Under the pieces are notes generated by a model. That model saw only the letters and a program-made list of their open reading frames with translations, ran no database searches and was not told the DNA's origin. A stretch of 64,000 nucleotides of DNA. Source: Eledone cirrhosa (lineage: Eukaryota). A program made the position numbers and the translations under genes. The DNA is taken from assembly GCA_964016885.1 (NCBI GenBank), contig OZ024741.1:44020001-44084000 (forward strand), read 5' to 3'. Every line of letters starts with the position of its first letter. Positions within the stretch are counted from its first letter, which is position 1. This document shows positions 55,201 to 64,000 of the stretch, in pieces.

Positions 55201-57776
55201 CAGTAGCCGGGTCCTCGTCTATGAAGCCTATCTAAGTCAAGCACACAGATCACGAATTTGTGGTCCGTGTAGCTGACTATCTTGAATTGTGGACAGCCTA
55301 TGCTAGACCTATCTATTTCCCTACAAAATACTCTATCTAGATATGATCTGGATGACCCTATGCGATTTGTCCAAGTCCACATTGGCACATTCGGGAAATC
55401 CAATCGGTACCTGTCAGACAGTTCGAAACGCCTGAGCAGGTTGGTGAGGCTCTTGCAGCCTCCACCCCTATCCGCTAATCCCACACAGTCCCAGCGTGCA
55501 TCTAAGATCCCGTTCCAGTCACCCACTAACACTAAAGAGCGGGACGTTCCAAGAAAGGTCTCCAGACCACTTACCGTACTTTTCGTAGAGGAGGGATGGT
55601 TTTTACATCCCTTTTCACTTGATCGTCTTATGAAGGGACCGTTGAATCGTCACTTCAGCTGGTTGTCGGCTCTTCTAAGAGAATGTCTGAATATACTCTT
55701 CGATTGATAGTTCCTCCTAGGTCCCTGAAATCACCAACTGCGTTGGGGAATTTCGTTTTAATGTTTGTGTATTGTTTCTGTGCTATTTTTAGCAGTCTTA
55801 TGTTAGTTGGCGTTTTGATTGGTGCTGGTATTATGTAGTCGTGTTGTGAAATGTCTGTGTGTTCAATTATGTAAGTCATTAGTTTCTTGTTGTGTGTATT
55901 TATTGACGTGCATTTGTTTTTCTGGGGATGGGGTGTGGTTCTGCTATTTTCTTGTCGTTGTTGCTGGGTGTGTGTGTTTTGTTGTTGCGTTTGCGATGTT
56001 GGTGCTTGTGGTGGTGGTGCTGAAGGTGTTGTTGGCGGTGGGGTTGTCGCCGGTGGTGATGGTGGTGCTAGTGTGGGTGGTGATGGTGTTGGTGGTGTTG
56101 CTGCTGTGGTTCTCTTTGCAGTAGACTTTACCCTTTTCTCATTTCTTTCCTCCCCTTTCAAAGGCGACGATGCGCTGCTTCTGCGTTTGTGCCTTCTTAC
56201 GACCTTTTGCCATCCCTCTCCCACCTCACACTCCATGTCTGATTCTGTGAGGTCGGGGAGGGGTACCAGCTCCACTCTTTCACTTGTTGTTGTTGGTGAT
56301 GTTTGCACTGGAGTCTCTGTTGCAGCTGCATTTGGTATTGCTGTTGTTGTTGTTAATATTTCCACTGCTGCTGCTGTTTTTGATTTCCGTGGCGTGGGTA
56401 TGGGTGCCACGGACCTATCGTTACTGGTTGCCGCTTGTCCTGTTGCTGGTAGCTGTGGAGCCGGTTTCGGAAGGAGGGGGGTTTTATCCTTTCTCAGGGT
56501 CTTCTCGTTGCAGAAGGCCCTGAGGTGAGTCTTCGATCCACAGCGAAAGCATTCCGGGCGTTTTCCCTCAACACTTATGGGCAGTTGAGTGCCGTTATCG
56601 AAGTCTATCACATGCGTCCGACGAGGACAGACCCGGCCAGCCAAGAAGGGGCCATTCCGGGGGGGACGTGGGTCAGTTTGACCCTCACAATTTTTTGCCC
56701 GCAGTAGGATGGCACCAACACCATTTCCTCGCTCCTTAGGGTCACTACGGATTGGGCCTTTGCCTCCTGGGGTGTGGCAAAATGTATGTCTACGGTGGCA
56801 TATTTTTTGCCTCGGGTGATGTGCGTTTTCCGCTGCCACACAGACCCCAAGGCTTTTTGTATTTGCGCCTCTGTGGCTCTTTCCACCCTACGGGATTTTG
56901 TACTTACTGTACGGTACGTGACCGTACAGTGCTGTTGGGTTTCGAAAAATGTTTCCGCTGCCTTGCAGATTGCTCGGTGTCCATTCTTTGTCACCATCTT
57001 CTTCGCTTCCTCTAATTCCTCATTTTTTATGAGGATTGTTTCCAAGTTTTTCGCAATACCTGCAAATGAGATTGTTTTTTCTTTGCTGCTGTTGTTGTTG
57101 TTGTCGTCAGAGCTGCTGTTACTTTTGTTGTTGCTGCAGGTACTACGACTACTGCCTCCGCCGCTGTTGCTGTGGTTGTTGTTGGTGTTGCTGCTGCTAA
57201 TGCTGTTGTTGGATTGCTGCTGGTGATGCTGTTGCGGCTGCTACTGTTGTTTTCATTGTCACTTTTGCTGTTGTTATTACGGCTGCTACTGCTATTATTC
57301 CTGACGTCAGACGAATGAACTGGGTTTTCGTATTTCCCGCACACCTGTTTCGTCGCTGTCGTCGTCGTCGTGGAGAAGCCTTGCACGCTTTGCCCGACAC
57401 TTTTCTTTTCTTTCCTCGCTTGCGAAAGAGAAGGGAGGGAGAGAGACATATTTAAAGAAGGGAGGGAGAGAGACAATCTTCTCTCTGCTGTAGTGATGAT
57501 TGAGGAATAAGAAGACTGAATGAGTGGGAGTGACCTATGAAATTTATTTTTCGTAGCCATGTTGTTGTTTTTTTGTTTAAAATAAATATTGGGTACAAAA
57601 CCCCAATAAGCAGTTATTTAACCCCGAAGGGCCAAATAACGGGCAGAAAGACCCTTCTCAAGAGGAGGGGGGTGTTTTTGTCTACAAGTTCGTTAAAGTT
57701 TTAAACAATTTACAATTGTTAGTGTTCAAAATTTACAATACCTTACAGAGCCGAGCCTCCGTCAACCATAGCATTA
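52273..57776 (-). mobile_element. Tx1/L1-clade LINE inserted in (AAT)n, frameshifted, APE N-terminus deleted
   Basis: ORF1 57560-55655 (CFRCGSKTHLRAFC). ORF2 has GDWN, SYLDRV, TDHK, SKAFDRVDH, RQGCPLS, YADD and CPRC..ETVLHALVQC. About 400 bp present in the 38640 copy is missing near 55565. (AAT)n at both ends. Confidence 0.94.
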
Positions 57777-57814
<38 letters not shown>

Positions 57815-58019
57815 TAACAATAATGTTATTCAATTTGTCTCCCAGCAAACAGCTTCATTACGCTATGGATTTTTAGATGACAATCGTCATCCTTTTCTTC
57901 CAACAGTAACACCCAGTTACAACTAACAACGTTGTTTTGGGGTTATTGCACTTTGTCAAGATTATGTTTGTCGTTTCCGTCACTCACTAGAGTTTTTGAG
58001 AATATATAGTATGCTATAA

Positions 58020-58215
58020 TTTATACATCGGCTGACTGGCCTAATTTGCATACCAAGCGATTTTAATGCTGGCTTTACCGAAAATAAAAATAAATAAATT
58101 AGAATTTAGATTTTCCCTCTAAAATATCAGATACGCTCTAACATATCAGATTCTTTTTTTATATCGAATAATGATAATATTCGATTCGTTTGCAAGCAAA
58201 CAGCCTCATCCGCTA
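58020..58215 (-). repeat. Diverged relative of retrozyme-like families A/B
   Basis: GGCTGACTGGCCTAATTTGCATA (as in family B); GGCTTTACCGAAA and TCGAATAATGATAATATTCGATTCGTTTGCAA (as in family A, 13068-13180). Confidence 0.5.
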
Positions 58216-58303
58216 TGTTTTTTAGATGACCATCATCGGGATTTGAACACAGAGCCGTAAAGAGACGTAACCCCATGCCAAGAAGTATGTTATTCACCGC
58301 CCT

Positions 58304-58479
58304 TAGAAGAAGAAGACGAAGAAGAAGAAGAAGAAGAAGAAGAAGAAGAAGAAGAAGAAGAAGAAGAAGAAGAAGAAGAAGAAGAAGAAGAAGAAGAAGA
58401 AGAAGAAGAAGAAGAAGAAGATGAAGAAGAAGAAGAAGAAGAAGAAGAAGAAGAAGAAGAAGAAGAAGAAGAAGAAGAA
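58304..58479. repeat. (GAA)n microsatellite
   Basis: Read directly. Confidence 0.97.
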
Positions 58480-59589
58480 AAATTGTAATCAAGAAATTAA
58501 ATGATATTTTACTGTACACACGTCATTTTTACGGATACTATGCTAGTATATACATTACATACTTATTGAACAGACATATCTCTCAGAATGGCATATAATG
58601 CTTAGAGTATTTAGTATAATATAATGTTGGAAACGAAAAGATATCTATGCATTTTCCCATTACCAGTTAAGTATTCCGAAGTAATTCATATATAACTATC
58701 ATATATATTTAAATAATTCCACCTAATACCTTACATGGCGCCAAATCTTACTGGGATGTATATGCTATAAATATTTTAATAAGCACTTACATATCTGAGA
58801 AATGCATTTTGGGCCTCGTATGAAGTTAAAGAATGTACAAATTATTTCGAATAGTGGCAGGGCTTATATTTGCAAAGTCAAGTGTTCATTTAAAACCTAT
58901 CAAAATATAGAGATGTTTCAGCTTTATTTGTTCATGAATAAATATTATTACGCATTCTTTTGATATTTATCCTCATCTATAATTAAATACGAATAGGGAT
59001 CAAATGCGGTCTGCAGAATTTCTACTGGTCCATACTTAAAATTTATTGGATAATGGTAAATTGTTGGTAAGATATATTCGCAAAGAGATGCGGATATGTG
59101 GCTTTTGTAAAGTATGTCCTCTACAACAGAATTCGATATATAAGGAAGAAATCTTCTATGAAATATATACTTGAGAGTGAAATATATCTCGATATGTGAA
59201 AAAATTAGAAACTCAACGAAGAAACCTTTCCGACTTTCTTGATTTATTCTATAAAGTTATGTTTATAAATGATTACCTTTTTATTCATTACCATATTATT
59301 TGTATTGAGCTAATACTTTTACTAAAATAAATTCCTCGACGGTCATTGTTTTTCTATTCGGCTATCAAACTTTTCCGAGCGACTTGACTTTTGCAACGGA
59401 GAAGAGAAATTATTATTAGTATTATTTCAAACTTCCTTTGAATTCTGCTTCTTTTCCGAACCATAACGAGTGTCAATATGGTACCTGAGGCGAAATTTGA
59501 TAATACAAACTTTTTCCAATCAATGTCATACTGGTGATGCCACAAGTGCACAAACAACAGTAAATGTCATTGCATGGTTTTTAAATTGA

Positions 59590-62400
59590 TAATGCTGTTC
59601 TCGGGAAATAGTCAGCGCCAATCAGCACTATTTTCTCTATCATTTGCAGAGATGGCTTACCAGGTATCCGGTTCAAATATTTGTCAGTTCCCTTTTTTAT
59701 CATTCCCAGTGCGGTGACTATCAGTGGTATTGTAAAGTCCATAAGATGCCACATTTTCTATTGATAGAAATATTAATTGATATAGCTTTCCGTACTCTTT
59801 CGAGATGTTACGATCTGATGGAATGCTCATGTCAAATAAGAATGATGTTTCTTTCTTTATGGTCCTTCACACTTATATCAGGTCTCATGTCATTGAGTGG
59901 TATGTCAATCTTCACAGGGATGTCCCATAGGATTGTCGCATTATTGCCTCCTGTTATGCACGTGGGTGATAGTTGTACAATTTTCCTTCTGTGTGCTTAC
60001 CATAAAACCTTCATATTACCCTGTGTAAATATTGTCCCACTCTATAATGCTTTGGTATATATTTCTGGCGAGCTAATACTTTGCAGTCTGGAACCAGGTG
60101 GTCAGTTGTCTCATTGTCCTCATCACAGAATGAACACTTTGGGTCAGTTCGATTTCTTATCACATTGGCTTGAAAGTTGCACGTTGAAAGACCTTTGTTT
60201 TGTGCGGCAAATATCTAGCCTACACTCTGATTTTAGCCCAGAACCCCGCAGCCACTAATAGGTCTGACTTTGATCTACATTAGGTTATTTACTACCCAGA
60301 ACATACTGTCTATGCAGTGGTTTTTGCTCCCATTTATTCCATAGTCCCCATCGACCTTCATGTTTTGCCAATATGTTGAAGCTCTTAGGGGCCCGAATAG
60401 CAGAGACACCATCATTTTCAAAATACATTCCCAAATCCTAACTCCATTTGTACATCATCGCTAAACACCCTAAGTATCTTCAGCAGTCCTTCCAATTCGT
60501 TTTTCTTTTTGGTATACGGCTTCAATTCATCCATATAAAACAAGTGATTAATGTTTTTGCTCTCTAACCATATTTTCTTTTGTTGGGCGCTAAAGACATC
60601 AATGTCAGAACAAAGCAAAATATCAGAGGAGAAATCGAATTACCTTGAAAAATTCCACACTTAATACCTATGTTGCTGGAATTTATAGTTCCATCACTGT
60701 ATGATAGTCGTAGATTTTTATTCAATTCAGACGTGTATTTCAGGAATTTTGATGTTACTGGGGAAATTTTCCAAACGCCGCAAATTTTCAAAATCAATGA
60801 GTGAGGAAAATTATCAAATGATTCTTTAGAGTCAATCCAAACTTCGCTACTTGTTATGACAGTTTTGCGCAATCAAACGAATAATGCGAAGTTGGTATTT
60901 GCATCCGTAAGAGCCACGGCAACACTATTTGTTCCTAATATGGGAAAATGGTTTTCCTCCATGAATTTATACCTTGCCTCAGTAAAAATTAAGGTGAGAA
61001 TGTTGTATGATGTAGGAAGGCAAATGATAGGAAGATAATGTTTCGCAATATTTGTTTCGCTATATGTTATACCTTGCGCAAACCAATCAGAGAATAATTC
61101 CGTTATAACATTGTACTAACATATTATGTGTAGAGGTTATAGAAGATAACCAGATGTTTGCCATTTTATCAATGCCAGATTTCCATTTGTTGGCTTTCTT
61201 TAGTTTTTTTCATAGTTATGGCTTGCCAAATTGACCTTTCTAAATTGTTGCATGTTTCTTCCATGTTGTTTATCCTTTCTACATTCACATTATGAGACTT
61301 TTCTGTATTCCTTTCTGTTTTCCAAAATTTGTCTGTTTCTTGAATTGAAACAATGTGTTCCATTACTTGAATTGCCTGTCCCAATTACTCAGTCAAGACT
61401 TTTTGCGTCTGACATACAACGTATTTCGTTTTTCAAATCTTCTGATTCTTTGGGTTTTCTGCTGTAAATTTTGTTTCAAGAGTTCTTTGATTGATGCAGT
61501 ATAAGGTTTTGGATTTACTTTGTATTTCTTAATTAGTTTTCTTCCTTATCCGCACATGACAGCTTACCTAGCACATATTTCATCGAGGATCGATAAATCT
61601 ATTTTCAACATTTCAATTTAGTTTTCAATATTCATCTTTCCACTCTGGTCTTTGTGCGTGCTGTGTCCTTTTCACGTTTTCATTAACACACACATTACAT
61701 TTCTACTACTGTTGCTGCTGCATAAATAACATCATTCAATTCTGATGCATCGGGCTCAATCTCTTCAACTGTTGCTTTAACGGCTTCATTTCTAGTTCTT
61801 ATGTGTGTATTGTTCTAGTTATTTGTCGACGTTTCAAAGTCTCTCGTTCGCCATTTGAATGCTTCCTATATTTCCAAGTTCATTGTGAATTTTTCATTTG
61901 TTTTCTTTTCTACCTGATCTGTAAGGCCATGAAAAGAAATATTCTCATCCTTATAATCAATCTGTCTCTTGGCTTCACTCTACTCTATTGTGTTTTTGAT
62001 ATTTTCAATTTTCGTTGAAATCTCTCCGGGTAACAACATAGTCAATACCTCTTTGTGGTGTCTACACTGTCGCATATAAATTCCCACCCCTTTCTGATAT
62101 AAGTATTCTCAAATATCTCTCCAACATAATTCTTAATTTAATTTAACTCTGCATCTATTACTCTATTGTTTCTGAGAATATCTCTTCTTACGTTTATTTT
62201 CGTGTAGACTTTGTTCTTCGAATATTATTGGTGATAAATATGAATGCTTACTATTTCTAATGTTGCCAAATCCTTTCTAATGTTTTATCGGATATGAATC
62301 AAATTGTACAAAGAGCTCCATAATTCCTAAACAAAATTCCTATTGTATTTAGATCTTATGACCACTTCACTGCATATAGATACCATGCCATGTTAAGTAA
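59590..62400 (-). mobile_element. Old decayed R4/Dong-like RLE LINE, distinct family
   Basis: WIDSKESFDNFPH, GIFQGNSISPLIF and INHLFYMDELK..VFSDDVQMELG; boundaries approximate. Confidence 0.8.
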
Positions 62401-63764
62401 GAATTATTTTCAGAACCACAATATACATACGAGTATTTCGGTTTCCGTGTCAATATGAGAGGAGTCTCTACATTCAAGATTAAAAATTAACTTGAGTTTA
62501 TTCATGGATCTTCAGACTTGTCTCTAGAATTGATGGGTCCCAAGAAAATTACATATTAATGCAGCACCACAGACACTTGGCAACCACTTTGTGTAACCTG
62601 AAAGTGACAAAGTACAACAATGAAAAAAACTCCCCCAAAACAGAAGACTCTTTGCATAGCTTTCTTACAAACCCTTCCCATTTGTCAACACATCGAAAAT
62701 GTGATGCATTTGACTACATTTAAATGTTTCTCATGTTTGTCAACGTATATTTATATAAACATGCACATGGACGAATATACATTCATATATACATGCTTAT
62801 AGAATTATAGAAAGCTAAATGTAATGAACTATTTTCTAGATAGAAACATAGGCAAAAGGTGTTTTGTCACTTATGTTATTGTTCATGGGACTTGAAATTT
62901 CGTAGGGGTGCTAGCATAAATAATGTTATCTGAATTCTAATCACAATAGCGAGCATTGTTCTCCAGCCGAGAGAATGTGAGTGAACGATAAAGTCCATGA
63001 AAGAGTGAAGCCCGACGAATCGACCGCCATATAGAACCGGTATTTATTTATCGATAGCGAAAGGAGAAGAAGCAAACTTTACCTCAATGGTATTTAAATC
63101 CTGAGCGCATAGAACCTGAACTCATAGTGCGAACAAATTCTATCTGACCTTCTAACAACTTTACCAATTTGCCGCCCTATTCCATTTATATGTCTAGATT
63201 TGAAATTGTAATATTACGTCATGTAGAAAATTATTTTATATCTAAAAGTAACGTATCATGTATTATGAATAGGTATAATTATAAAGACCCCCGTCCCTAC
63301 TCAATAATACAATTTATTAAAGTTTTTCTCGTATGTATGACTATCCCTCTGTCTATATAACTAATTATATTTATATTATATCTCGTCTATCGGTTATAGA
63401 TATACGTTTAGTTTGTTTTTGCCTGTGTTTAGTTTTAAGTTACATAAACAAAGTAGGATGTCTCTAGATAAATATATGGTTTGAGAGAAACCAAAGATCA
63501 CGATAGAGATAGAATGATGGAGTGTGGTGGAGTGGTAGAGAATGATTAAAAGAGAGTGGAAGAGAAGGGGAGCGAAAGAGAGATGTGTTGGTGGGGGGAA
63601 ATGTGTGTGGATATATATATATGTGTGTGTATGCGTGTGTGTGCATGTGTATGTGTGTGCAGGGAGAGATAGAGAAATAGAGGGGAGGGAGAAAGACGGA
63701 GAGAGAACAATACGGGATTTAGAGAAGAGATAGAGAATAAAAGTGATAGTAAGAGAAATAGATG

Positions 63765-63836
<72 letters not shown>

Positions 63837-64000
63837 GTACATAAGAGGGATAGAATAAATCTTGAAATCGAATTCCATTGTGATTTTGGTATATATTTCG
63901 CATTAAATATATAAATTCCCCACAGTGTTAGTTCATTGAATTAAAGTTTTCAATGCAGCAAGAATATATTTGGATTTTCAATGTACAATTTATTCTAAGC

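Noticed and set aside
55819-57226. Plus-strand ORFs overlapping Tx1, and antisense ORFs over Dong copies
   Set aside because: Shadow frames of LINE coding sequence with no independent motifs.

Overview
AT-rich, repeat-saturated eukaryotic DNA. The tRNA-derived SINEs and other dispersed repeats look like those of octopus/cephalopod genomes (my inference). I can support no intact host gene. Three layers are visible. (1) About a dozen short insertions sit in (TA)n/(CA)n microsatellites; many have the tandem-plus-5'-inverted architecture of Penelope-like elements (PLEs), and many contain type I hammerhead ribozyme (HHR) motifs. Two families have ~440-nt tandem monomers (retrozyme-like), three families have an octamer 80-91 nt upstream of the ribozyme core, and two decayed GIY-YIG PLEs lie in the same window. 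(2) A ~19-kb pile-up (38.6-57.8 kb) of R4/Dong-like RLE LINEs (plus strand) and Tx1/L1-like APE LINEs (minus strand) is joined mostly at (AAT)n; it includes one uninterrupted 901-aa RT-RLE ORF. (3) The rest is SINEs, Helitron ends, older LINE fossils, a 79-bp minisatellite and microsatellites. All coordinates and RNA folds were read by eye; decayed element boundaries are approximate.
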